Positions 1 to 8,608 of a stretch of 10,852 bases of DNA are shown here, in pieces. Numbering within the stretch: position 1 is the stretch's first letter; each line of letters opens with the position of its first letter. The DNA comes from a virus. Its lineage: Duplodnaviria; Heunggongvirae; Uroviricota; Caudoviricetes. The DNA is taken from IMG/VR virus record IMGVR_UViG_3300015155_000024. The stretch is one strand, 5' to 3'. Position numbers and translations under genes: made by a program. The notes under the pieces were generated by a model, which saw nothing but the letters and a program-made list of their open reading frames with translations, did not search any database and had not been told where the DNA came from.

Positions 1-11
1 ACAAATGACTA

Positions 12-619
<608 letters not shown>

Positions 620-629
620 GGGGGCTGAT

Positions 630-1241
630 ATGGGGCTTAATGTTGCTTCAGTAAAGTCTTATGTATCTTCGGCATTAACGACGACATTATTTGGCTCCGG
701 CGTTGGTGAGCGGGAAGTTGGCAAGCTGACGTCAATCATCATGAACAAAATGCTGTTCGCGCAAGGATGGCAGTTCTCTGTCGAAGTTGATGGTCTGGAG
801 GGGGCAGACTTCTTTGCTAAAGACATTACCTACCACGATTACAGCATCGAATATGAAACGATTAAAATCGGCGGAGGGAATATCCTTCAGCCAACGGAGC
901 GTTCGCCTGGGCAGATAACAATGATGGTCAGGGATACCGTTGATGGCCTCGTTTTGGACTGGTTTAAGACGGCAAAAAGTCGGGTGATCAATCCGGACGG
1001 TACCGGGAATATACCGTCTAAATATTTGCTCAATGTGCGTATTTATCGGTTGCTGTCCTCCGGTTTAACCAAACTGGAAAATGAGATGACGGTATTCCCG
1101 GTCACTACCGGCGATGTCACCTATGCGCGGGATCAGGTTACGGAATTTAAGTCATTCCCAATGACCTTCGCGTTGCACAGCACGTTTAACCAATCCTCAA
1201 GTTCTTTAGCTTCCCTTCTGGGCTTTAGTTTTTCGCTTTAA
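630..1241 (+). CDS. Putative major tail tube protein (203 aa)
   Basis: Strong SD (GAGGGGG) 6 nt upstream of ATG. Sits two genes upstream of the tape measure gene. By eye, the stretch FSVEVDGLEG...IEYETIKIGGGN...PGQITMMVRDT...LDWF resembles motifs of phage/contractile-system tube proteins (T4 gp19-like), but this is unverified pattern recognition. Confidence 0.6.
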   Translation: MGLNVASVKSYVSSALTTTLFGSGVGEREVGKLTSIIMNKMLFAQGWQFSVEVDGLEGADFFAKDITYHDYSIEYETIKIGGGNILQPTERSPGQITMMVRDTVDGLVLDWFKTAKSRVINPDGTGNIPSKYLLNVRIYRLLSSGLTKLENEMTVFPVTTGDVTYARDQVTEFKSFPMTFALHSTFNQSSSSLASLLGFSFSL

Positions 1242-1255
1242 ATTAAGGAGCAAGG

Positions 1256-2137
1256 ATGCTTTTACCCCTTTTCCCGCTACCATCGCGGCCAACTGAATTA
1301 ATCCAGTTCCGTCAGCCAAATATTGCTGATGCGATGCGTTTCAACTCGATAACACCGGAGGAACAAGAACAGCAGACAACAGCGTATTTAAAAGCCTTGC
1401 TGGCTGAAGCTGCGAAACATGATCCACTGAAATGGACGGCACAGGACCGGATTACCGCGTTATGGTGGATATTTACTGGCTCCCGCGAAACACCGATCGA
1501 GACATTTACCTACACCTGTAAACATTGCGGTAAAGAGCATTATTACGATTGCGATATGAATGCTCTGGCTGAAGATATCCAGGTCCTGGAAGTGGAACCG
1601 TTCATTGACGATATTGAGGTGTCTGTAGAGGGCGTGCCTTATCAATGGCGTATCGTGCCGCTTGATGGTTGGGCAATGGAAATGCTGGAGATGCGCCGAG
1701 CAGCATTGCCACCTGAAGACGACGCGGAATTCAAAGAAGCGATCGTTGATTTGCGTTTTTGGGAATTCGCTTATCAGTGTGAACTTTATAATGATGTTAG
1801 CGGTACTCGTGAAGAGCAGGCTGAGCGTCGTTATGAAACGATCAAACGGATGGCCATTGATACTGAATTTATGAAGCTGGCGGCACACATCCGGCTGGCT
1901 CATGAAAAGCTCGAACATGGTTTACCGTGCTACATCGATAAAGGCGAAATGCGTCTTCGTCTCCCGCCGCACAAATGCCCAAACCAGGATACAAAGGAGT
2001 CCACAGAGGGTGCGTATACCCGTCTGTGGGTGCCCTTTCGGGCTACCGACTTCATTCCACAGGTGGGGATTGAAAAGCTATCAGACCTTAGTGTCCAACC
2101 TGGTTTTGTATGGGGGTATACCGATTCAGGACGCTGA
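1256..2137 (+). CDS. Putative tail assembly chaperone-position protein (293 aa) with Cys motifs
   Basis: AAGGAG SD at 1245-1250, ATG at 1256. Located between the putative tube gene and the TMP, where tail assembly chaperones (lambda G/GT equivalents) are encoded. Contains CKHCGKEH...DCD and a later HKCP motif. A +1-frame ORF (to 2207) overlaps its 3' end and ends 12 nt before the TMP start. Confidence 0.65.
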   Translation: MLLPLFPLPSRPTELIQFRQPNIADAMRFNSITPEEQEQQTTAYLKALLAEAAKHDPLKWTAQDRITALWWIFTGSRETPIETFTYTCKHCGKEHYYDCDMNALAEDIQVLEVEPFIDDIEVSVEGVPYQWRIVPLDGWAMEMLEMRRAALPPEDDAEFKEAIVDLRFWEFAYQCELYNDVSGTREEQAERRYETIKRMAIDTEFMKLAAHIRLAHEKLEHGLPCYIDKGEMRLRLPPHKCPNQDTKESTEGAYTRLWVPFRATDFIPQVGIEKLSDLSVQPGFVWGYTDSGR

Positions 2138-2218
2138 AAGGCTTACTGAATCCTATGCGTTTTTCCTGTTGGAGAAACTGGAAGAAAAACTTAAACCGAA
2201 ACGGTAGGCGATAAGATC

Positions 2219-5200
2219 ATGGAAAGAAAAAACGCCAATATTGACGATGTTATAAGGACAGTTGAAACCGCCAGCGCGAAAGAGCTGGAAGAGCTTGCAG
2301 GTATTCGGGAAGCTGTTGAAGATTTGAAAGGGGAACGAGTTGCAACTGTTGATCCTGTCTCTCGCAGTGTGTCGGCATTAAATCGCACAATCGAAAATTC
2401 ACGTCCTGACTTTGTGACCAATGTGCCATCAGTGGACTCTATTGTTGACGCAATGAAACGGCTTAATTTAGGGGACGTTTCTCGTATACGGGAGGACAAA
2501 GTCACTAACCGTGAACAGCAGGCTGCACCAACAGCGCACAATCCCCCAAATAGACGAAGAGAGGCAATAACAGAGGATGTTAAAGCACAGCGGTTAGAAA
2601 CGGTCAAACTCGCTCGTGATTTGAAAGGGGAACGCGTTGCAACGGTTGACCCAGTATCTCGCAGTGTGTCGGCATTAAATCGAACAATCGAAAATTCCCG
2701 GCCAGACTTTGTGGCCAATGCGCCATCAGTAGACCCTATTGTTGACGCAATGAAACGGCTTAATTTAGGGGACGTTTCTCGTGTAGTTCAGGAGGGCATT
2801 GCTCAACAGGAACAGCAGGCCAAATCAACTACACCAAAGGGTAAAAAAAGACGCAGGAAGGCTATATCAGAGGATATAAAGGCACAACGGACCGAAGCAG
2901 CCGAACACGCTCGCGAAATGTTCGATCAAAAAGGCGGTGCGCAAAAAAGCCAAAACCAACGCGATGCGCGTGGTCGTTTTATTGGAAAGTCAGGGAGTAA
3001 GGCCGCAGCGGAAGATGCCCGTGCTGAACGTGCTGAAAAGGCCAGGCGCAAAGAGGATGATGAGCGTCTAAATGCTGAATCAGGTTTATTAAAAAAACTG
3101 TCAAAAGTAGCTGAAGGCATAGGTAACCCTTCAGAGACTCGTGCCGTCGATGCGTTAGGTTATGCCGTTGCTGGTCCATTGTGGGCAGCAGGGAAGGAGC
3201 TTGGCGGGATATCAAAAGAAGTTGGTGGATCGCTTAATGGCGCCAGAAAGTCTATTGCCGATGTGATTCGTGGCAATGACGATAACAGCCGTAGAAAAGG
3301 TTTTTTTAGGCGTAAATCGCAAAATAGTGCCGATGTCGTTCAGGTTAACACCCAAAAACGGACGGTTCAGGAACTTCAGGAGCAGACCAGCGAAATTAAA
3401 GAGGGCAATGACAAGATTCTCAGCGCCCTTGATCAGATAGCCAAAAACACCGGGAAAAAGAAGGGCGGCTTGCTGTCCAAACTATTTAGCCTGTTAGGGA
3501 AGGGGGCCGGTGGCGTCGCGTCGTTGTTAATGGGGCGTGGCATGCTGAAAAAAGCTGGAGCACTCGCTTTTGGCGCTCTGGGGGCAAAGAAACTTGTAGG
3601 AATGCTACGCGGTGGTGGCAAGAAGACTATCGCCCATGAAGGTGGAGATTTGGCTGCCCGGGCAGCAGGTAAATTTGGATTAAAGGCAGTTGGTAAAGGG
3701 GCGTTACGCGCAATTCCCTTAGTCGGCACAGTGGCTGGAGGTATTTATGATGCGGTAACCGGTTGGAATGATACAGAAGCGCAACGTCGAGCGTTTGGGC
3801 TTAAATCAGGACAAGAGCCATCATTCCAGCAAAAAGCCGCTTATACGTTAGCCAATGTTCTTGATATGGGGGGACTGGTATCTGGTATTAGCAGCGCCAT
3901 TGGTGAGGTTCTCAAATCACTTGGATTTGAGGATATCGGCAATATGTTGCAATCATTTTCGACGGAAAGTATTGCCCAGGCCATTGATAGTGGGATTACC
4001 AACTTAGAAACATATATTTCTAACCTTGGCGACACCATTTCTACCAAGTTCGAAGATTACACAGCAAAGATTGGTGATGCTGTTTCAGCATGGTTTAGCG
4101 ATACATCTAATAAGCTGCTTGAAAAGCTGGATGCCATCAAAGACTTCTTTACTGTTGATAACCTGAAACAGGTTTTCAGTGATGCAATTGATAGTGCAAT
4201 TGATTTCATTAAGAACCCAGGGAAACACATTAAAGAGGCGGCTGGTAATATTTGGGATGGGGTTAAAAATTTACCTGGTAAAGCATTAGATGCAGCGGTT
4301 GATGCCGTTAAAAATACCCCTGCGGCAATGATTGTATCAAAAATACCCAATCCGATCGGCGAGGCTAATGCGAAAGAAATCACTCCGGAGTTAAAAGCTC
4401 CGGTTAATAGCCACCAGGAGACGTCTGATTCTAAAACTGAATCCGATGCCAAACAGAGTAATATTGCTACCCGCGTGATAAATGCGGCACTGGACACAGC
4501 GAAAGATAGCAATAAAACAGTTAAACAAACTGCCAATCAGATTATCAATGCAAATGCCGTAGAAACGGGCAATAGCGCGTTGCAGAAAATTGATAAAGCT
4601 ATTGGTCAAAATAGCTCGTCATCATCGTCGCTTAATACCACTGGCACCAGGAATGACATTCAGAAAGCTGCGGATACTTACAACAATGGCAAATTAGATG
4701 TAAAAGTCGGAAGTCTTGGCGCTGAAGGTAAGGCAAATCTCGATAAGTTGGCTCCGTATTTTGCCGAACTAGAGAATAAATACGGTCTTCCAGAAGGCAC
4801 TCTTTACGCGATTGCTGCAACTGAATCTGGTGGTAATCCGTATGCAAAATCCCAAACCGGTGCTCTGGGGATGTTTCAGTTCACGGGGATTGCTCGTGAA
4901 GAGACTGGCTTAGCTGAAGGTGAATCGTTTGATCCTGTGAAATCGGCAGAAGCTGCGGCTCTTCTCATGAGCAAGTATCTTAAGCAAGCCAATGGAGACT
5001 TAAACGAGGCCATCACTGCATATAATGCTGGGTTTGGCACTATTAATAAGTGGAAAAAAGGCACCGGTGACTTATCGAAAGAAAACCGTGAGTACGCGAT
5101 CAAGGTCAATACTCATCGTGCTCGCTATTTAGGTGGTGAAATCTATACACCTGGAGCAGGAGCACAGGGTGGGGCGCAATATGGAGTGAGGGGACCACTG

Positions 5201-5908
5201 CCTGATAACGCTGTTATCGATCAGTATACTGGCCTGGCGTTTACCCCTGGTGATAGCCCGTTTGAGAAAGGCGGTCTGGTCGACAAAATCGGCAATGCTG
5301 TTGGCGTTAACGATCTGGTCAACAAATTCATGAATGGCCGGGGGATGCGTCGGGAAGTCGTTCAGGGAACGCTAGAAGAACGTGCACGAGAGAAGGGGAC
5401 CGCAACAGCAGCTGGCAATGTGTATGTTGATACTCCGATGCCAGTTGAAGAGGCGCGTCCGGTGGCCAACAACTCAAGTTACTTTGACCATCTCGGCGCA
5501 CAAATGGGGATTGATGGACTATTCGATAAACTCCGCAACTCGCCGGGGATGCGGAAAAATAATGCGCCTGAACCAGCCTCCACGTCCCAGGTGACGACTG
5601 CCGCCAACGATTTGCAGCAACCAACCGGTCGTATGCAGATAGACGGGCAGGTTATTAGTGACCTTGGCGGTTCCGGTGCCAAGCCGACAATGCAGTTGGC
5701 TGATAATACCGTTTCACTTGATGGTGAAACGAAGCGGCTGTTTGCGCAGATGACCTCATTGCTTGCCAGGATTGAAGAGCACACCAAAGACTCGGCGAAA
5801 GGCCAGGGAACTGTCGTAAAGGTCAGCACGCCTCAGCCGGGCGTTATGCGCACGGTACCACTGTCAATTGATGATCCGTTGATGAATGACTACGCGAGAG
5901 TTGATTGA
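2219..5908 (+). CDS. Tail tape measure protein (1229 aa) with internal SLT-type lytic transglycosylase domain
   Basis: Very long ORF in the canonical position after tube and chaperone genes. N-terminal charged, helical, repeat-containing region; Gly/Ala-rich hydrophobic segment (about aa 415-520); a lytic transglycosylase motif set ATESGGNP ... GALGMFQF ... AYNAGFG around aa 855-945. Confidence 0.9.
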   Translation: MERKNANIDDVIRTVETASAKELEELAGIREAVEDLKGERVATVDPVSRSVSALNRTIENSRPDFVTNVPSVDSIVDAMKRLNLGDVSRIREDKVTNREQQAAPTAHNPPNRRREAITEDVKAQRLETVKLARDLKGERVATVDPVSRSVSALNRTIENSRPDFVANAPSVDPIVDAMKRLNLGDVSRVVQEGIAQQEQQAKSTTPKGKKRRRKAISEDIKAQRTEAAEHAREMFDQKGGAQKSQNQRDARGRFIGKSGSKAAAEDARAERAEKARRKEDDERLNAESGLLKKLSKVAEGIGNPSETRAVDALGYAVAGPLWAAGKELGGISKEVGGSLNGARKSIADVIRGNDDNSRRKGFFRRKSQNSADVVQVNTQKRTVQELQEQTSEIKEGNDKILSALDQIAKNTGKKKGGLLSKLFSLLGKGAGGVASLLMGRGMLKKAGALAFGALGAKKLVGMLRGGGKKTIAHEGGDLAARAAGKFGLKAVGKGALRAIPLVGTVAGGIYDAVTGWNDTEAQRRAFGLKSGQEPSFQQKAAYTLANVLDMGGLVSGISSAIGEVLKSLGFEDIGNMLQSFSTESIAQAIDSGITNLETYISNLGDTISTKFEDYTAKIGDAVSAWFSDTSNKLLEKLDAIKDFFTVDNLKQVFSDAIDSAIDFIKNPGKHIKEAAGNIWDGVKNLPGKALDAAVDAVKNTPAAMIVSKIPNPIGEANAKEITPELKAPVNSHQETSDSKTESDAKQSNIATRVINAALDTAKDSNKTVKQTANQIINANAVETGNSALQKIDKAIGQNSSSSSSLNTTGTRNDIQKAADTYNNGKLDVKVGSLGAEGKANLDKLAPYFAELENKYGLPEGTLYAIAATESGGNPYAKSQTGALGMFQFTGIAREETGLAEGESFDPVKSAEAAALLMSKYLKQANGDLNEAITAYNAGFGTINKWKKGTGDLSKENREYAIKVNTHRARYLGGEIYTPGAGAQGGAQYGVRGPLPDNAVIDQYTGLAFTPGDSPFEKGGLVDKIGNAVGVNDLVNKFMNGRGMRREVVQGTLEERAREKGTATAAGNVYVDTPMPVEEARPVANNSSYFDHLGAQMGIDGLFDKLRNSPGMRKNNAPEPASTSQVTTAANDLQQPTGRMQIDGQVISDLGGSGAKPTMQLADNTVSLDGETKRLFAQMTSLLARIEEHTKDSAKGQGTVVKVSTPQPGVMRTVPLSIDDPLMNDYARVD
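2324..2917 (+). repeat. Diverged in-frame tandem duplication (2 units of 297 nt, i.e. 99 aa) inside the TMP N-terminus
   Basis: Core 162-nt segments 2324-2485 and 2621-2782 align with 13 mismatches by eye (about 92% identity), including a 47-nt identical stretch (2439-2485 vs 2736-2782). Each core is followed by a diverged basic motif (RRREAITEDVKAQR / KKRRRKAISEDIKAQR). Confidence 0.85.
4781..5060 (+). other. SLT (lytic transglycosylase family 1) catalytic domain embedded in the TMP
   Basis: Motifs E-S (ATESGGNP; candidate catalytic Glu codon gaa at 4823-4825), GALGMFQF and AYNAGFG in the order and spacing typical of soluble lytic transglycosylase domains. Confidence 0.8.
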
Positions 5909-6264
5909 TGGCCAACAATAACGAAATTGATCCTTTGCTGACGCTGGAGTTATCCGGCGTAAAAACGTATGAGTCCCAGGAGGAGGCCTGGGGCGCTCGT
6001 TTATATGAGTGGCTAAACACTTATCAGGGTGAGGTATACGGAGATCCGTCATGGGGCAATGTTTTACCGCTGTTTAAACACGAACCGACCAACTTGTCGC
6101 ATGTTCAAATTGCGGTTGAGGCAATGCTGTTGCAAAAACTGACGGTAGATTTACCTGACATACCGATTTCTGGCTTGTCAGTAGCCGAGGGAGATGCTTT
6201 TGATAAGTTGAAAATATCCATTCGTATCAGGGATATAACTATCACACAGGACGTGGTGCTATGA
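5908..6264 (+). CDS. Small baseplate/tail-tip protein (118 aa), possibly gp25/gpW-like wedge protein
   Basis: ATG at 5908 overlaps the TMP stop TGA (5906-5908) by 1 nt; the ORF track start at 5905 is a TTG and probably not the real start. Size and position match P2 gpW/T4 gp25-like proteins; the motif TYQGEVYGDPSWGNVL weakly resembles the conserved gp25 motif. Family assignment is tentative. Confidence 0.65.
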   Translation: MANNNEIDPLLTLELSGVKTYESQEEAWGARLYEWLNTYQGEVYGDPSWGNVLPLFKHEPTNLSHVQIAVEAMLLQKLTVDLPDIPISGLSVAEGDAFDKLKISIRIRDITITQDVVL

Positions 6265-7694
6265 GTAAAACAACACCGACTAAAGACAGTATTCGTGCAG
6301 AGTTTGAAGAGCTTGTCGAGAAAGATTCATTCTGGTCGAAGTTTGTCGGCTCTCAATTTGTCTCGATGCTGACATTGTTTATTACCCAGATTGTCTACAG
6401 GTGCTTTCAGTATGCCGATGCGGCGCTGGCTGAAGGCTTTATATCGACCGCGACGCGGCGTTCCTCTATCCTGGCAGCGGCAGAAACGAATAGTTACGTT
6501 GGTACCAAGCCAACACCGTCATCGGGGATGATTGAGATCACCGCCACAAGTGAAGATGCCCCAGCGGTAATCCCCAAAAATATGCCTTTAATATCTGACG
6601 ACCAGTACCCTTACATGACTATGGATGTATGCAGGTTGGTTGACGGCACCGGTACGGTAGAAGTGGCACAGTTGGAAATCCAGGAGGTGACATATACCGT
6701 TACGGCAGCCAAAGAATTTCTGGAAGTCGTGTTATCAAAGGCTCTCACTGCTGTCTGCTATAAGCTGGAAGTATTCGTGACGACCGATGGTAAGACCACG
6801 CAGTGGTCTTCCAGCACTATGTTCCGGTTAGCCGGTAGTAAAAGCCAGGTCTACGTTGAGTTTTATAAGCCATCCGAGCAGTTGGGGGTTCGATTCGGTG
6901 ATGGGCTAATTGGGCAAATACCGCCAGAAGGCTCGACCATTACACTTAAGGTATGGTGCACCAACGGAGATATAACCCTGGTTGCTGGCCAAAACCTGAC
7001 GCCTGTCGATTCTGCGGCTAATTTAGCTAATTTGATTTCAGTTAAGACAACGACACCCATAACCGCAGGTACCGATGCCGAAACAACGGAGATCACACGT
7101 AATCGTGCACAATATTACCTTGCCTATGATGATCAGGTCGTATGGGGCGGGGACTATACGTATTTTTTGGTGCGTAACATCCCGGGACTGTCCTGGGTAA
7201 AGGCATGGGGCGAAGGCCAGCAAGAGAAATTAGATGGTGCTTATAATGTTCGGAATATCAATAAGATATTTATTTCAGGATGGCATCCAAACAAAAGCCA
7301 GTCAGAGCTTGAAGAAGTGATCCTGGCTGCCTTTAAGAAGGTGCCGAATGAGTTGAACAAGAAATTCTCGTATAAAGAGGTCAGAAAACTCCCCTTTAAG
7401 ATCACTATCACTGGGCGGATATCGGCAAGCCTGACCATTGAGAACGTGACTGATGAGCTGAAGTCGGCACTGGAAACAAAATTTGGGCGTGACTCAACTT
7501 TCTTTGATCCGAACCGTGTTGGCAAGTACATCCTAATCAAGAAAAAAGACGTTTGGGCATTTATCGAAACGCTGGGTTATTTCCGCGACTTTTATCTGGA
7601 ATTTGTCGAGTGGAATGAGTCCAACGGCTTTTACGATTTCGTTTATCTGGATACAGAAAACTCCACCTTTAATATTTCGTATGAGGAGGAGTGA
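6261..7694 (+). CDS. Large baseplate/tail-tip structural protein (477 aa), possibly baseplate J-like
   Basis: ATG at 6261 overlaps the upstream stop (ATGA at 6261-6264), indicating translational coupling. Sits between a gp25-sized gene and the fiber-proximal genes, as for J-like baseplate proteins in P2/Mu-type modules. No unambiguous motif recognised. Confidence 0.7.
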   Translation: MSKTTPTKDSIRAEFEELVEKDSFWSKFVGSQFVSMLTLFITQIVYRCFQYADAALAEGFISTATRRSSILAAAETNSYVGTKPTPSSGMIEITATSEDAPAVIPKNMPLISDDQYPYMTMDVCRLVDGTGTVEVAQLEIQEVTYTVTAAKEFLEVVLSKALTAVCYKLEVFVTTDGKTTQWSSSTMFRLAGSKSQVYVEFYKPSEQLGVRFGDGLIGQIPPEGSTITLKVWCTNGDITLVAGQNLTPVDSAANLANLISVKTTTPITAGTDAETTEITRNRAQYYLAYDDQVVWGGDYTYFLVRNIPGLSWVKAWGEGQQEKLDGAYNVRNINKIFISGWHPNKSQSELEEVILAAFKKVPNELNKKFSYKEVRKLPFKITITGRISASLTIENVTDELKSALETKFGRDSTFFDPNRVGKYILIKKKDVWAFIETLGYFRDFYLEFVEWNESNGFYDFVYLDTENSTFNISYEEE

Positions 7695-8530
7695 TGCAGC
7701 GTTCCTGGTTTAATAACCGGCTTACATCAGCTAAGCAAAAGTCATTGCTCTATAAATCATTGGCTGATTTGGTTCAGTCAATGATGGATGCCTTTGTTGA
7801 CCCATGGTTGGAGCGAATTACCAACCGGAAGTCTATTTTTTCCATGAGCAAGGAGGATCTGGAGACCAGGACAAATGAACTTGGCCAGTTCTTTACTATC
7901 AGAACGTCGAACTCATCTTCCGTTCCGATGTTGTTACAACAGCGTCTTGATGAGATTCACTTTAAGGGGACTGAACGCCCTATAAACCAGACAATTTACC
8001 GCGAATTTAACGGTATTTCTGTTTTATGGGATCCGATATATGCACCGGTGGACCTTGAGCGTCATCCCTATGGCACGGTTCTAATACCAGAAAGCACACT
8101 GGAGACTACCGGCGGCACATTCGGTGAGATGTTTCTGACTTCCAGAGGGATGATCAGTATTCCCATAAACGACCTGGCCCGGACAATGGGGATTACTGGC
8201 ACGATAGATCAGTCCGCAATTACAGAAGAAATTCTCAGAAAGTTTAATCAGTTCGTAAAGCCTCTACTGCCACTGCATATAGTGTTTGATGGGCTTACGC
8301 TCTATTTGTCGGTTGTTGTAAATGAACAGGCCGACATGATCACTTTGAACGAGATTTCTGATACCGAAAAAGCATTCTGCTGGTTTGAAACTTCGGATAC
8401 AACTTCGCTTACTGGAGTTACGTCGATTAGCGCCCCGATCACCGCAACGCCTGGTGGCACTATTGTGAAAGCGACACCTACGTTTGATCGCACACGCGCA
8501 GATGATTTGTTGCTGGATAGCGACGCCTGA
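7694..8530 (+). CDS. Baseplate/tail-fiber-proximal structural protein (278 aa), possibly gpI-like
   Basis: ATG at 7694 overlaps the upstream TGA (7692-7694); the ORF track start at 7691 is GTG. Function inferred from synteny only. Confidence 0.65.
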   Translation: MQRSWFNNRLTSAKQKSLLYKSLADLVQSMMDAFVDPWLERITNRKSIFSMSKEDLETRTNELGQFFTIRTSNSSSVPMLLQQRLDEIHFKGTERPINQTIYREFNGISVLWDPIYAPVDLERHPYGTVLIPESTLETTGGTFGEMFLTSRGMISIPINDLARTMGITGTIDQSAITEEILRKFNQFVKPLLPLHIVFDGLTLYLSVVVNEQADMITLNEISDTEKAFCWFETSDTTSLTGVTSISAPITATPGGTIVKATPTFDRTRADDLLLDSDA

Positions 8531-8533
8531 CAA

Positions 8534-8558
8534 TCACCCCGTCCGCAGGGCGGGGTGA
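8534..8558 (+). terminator. GC-rich hairpin (stem tcaccccgtcc / ggacggggtga with G-U closing pair, 3-nt loop) 3 nt after the stop of the 278-aa gene; possible weak intrinsic terminator or RNA-stabilising/attenuating structure
   Basis: Inverted repeat read from the sequence. The downstream tract (caagttacttctctt) is only moderately T-rich, so terminator strength is uncertain. Lies in the only sizeable intergenic gap (8531-8608) of the operon. Confidence 0.35.
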
Positions 8559-8608
8559 CAAGTTACTTCTCTTACAATGAGGCTTCACAACATTGATTAG
8601 GGAAAATC

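Noticed and set aside
1460-1918. Minus-strand 152-aa ORF and plus-strand 70-aa ORF (1662-1874) embedded in the 293-aa gene
   Set aside because: Both are fully contained within a longer ORF that has a strong SD and operon context; their composition is typical of spurious alternate-frame ORFs.
2191-2718. Minus-strand 175-aa ORF overlapping the TMP start, itself containing an internal repeated peptide
   Set aside because: It lies entirely antisense to the TMP N-terminus, and its internal repeat is just the reverse-strand shadow of the TMP tandem duplication. Its composition is Ser/Thr/Arg-rich as expected for an antisense frame, with no independent start context.
4057-4536. Minus-strand 159-aa ORF with a hydrophobic, membrane-like sequence inside the TMP
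   Set aside because: It is antisense to the well-supported TMP coding sequence. Hydrophobic antisense ORFs are a common artefact and there is no RBS or promoter evidence.
2926-5829. Several short minus-strand ORFs (62-116 aa) scattered through the TMP
   Set aside because: All are antisense and internal to the TMP, with no start-site signals; treated as noise.
8555-8578. Sigma70-like promoter (GTGACA ... TACAAT) in the gap before the 144-aa gene
   Set aside because: The spacer between the hexamers is only about 12 nt, well short of the optimum 17, and the -35-like element lies within the hairpin arm, so I do not call a promoter. The TACAAT is noted only as context.
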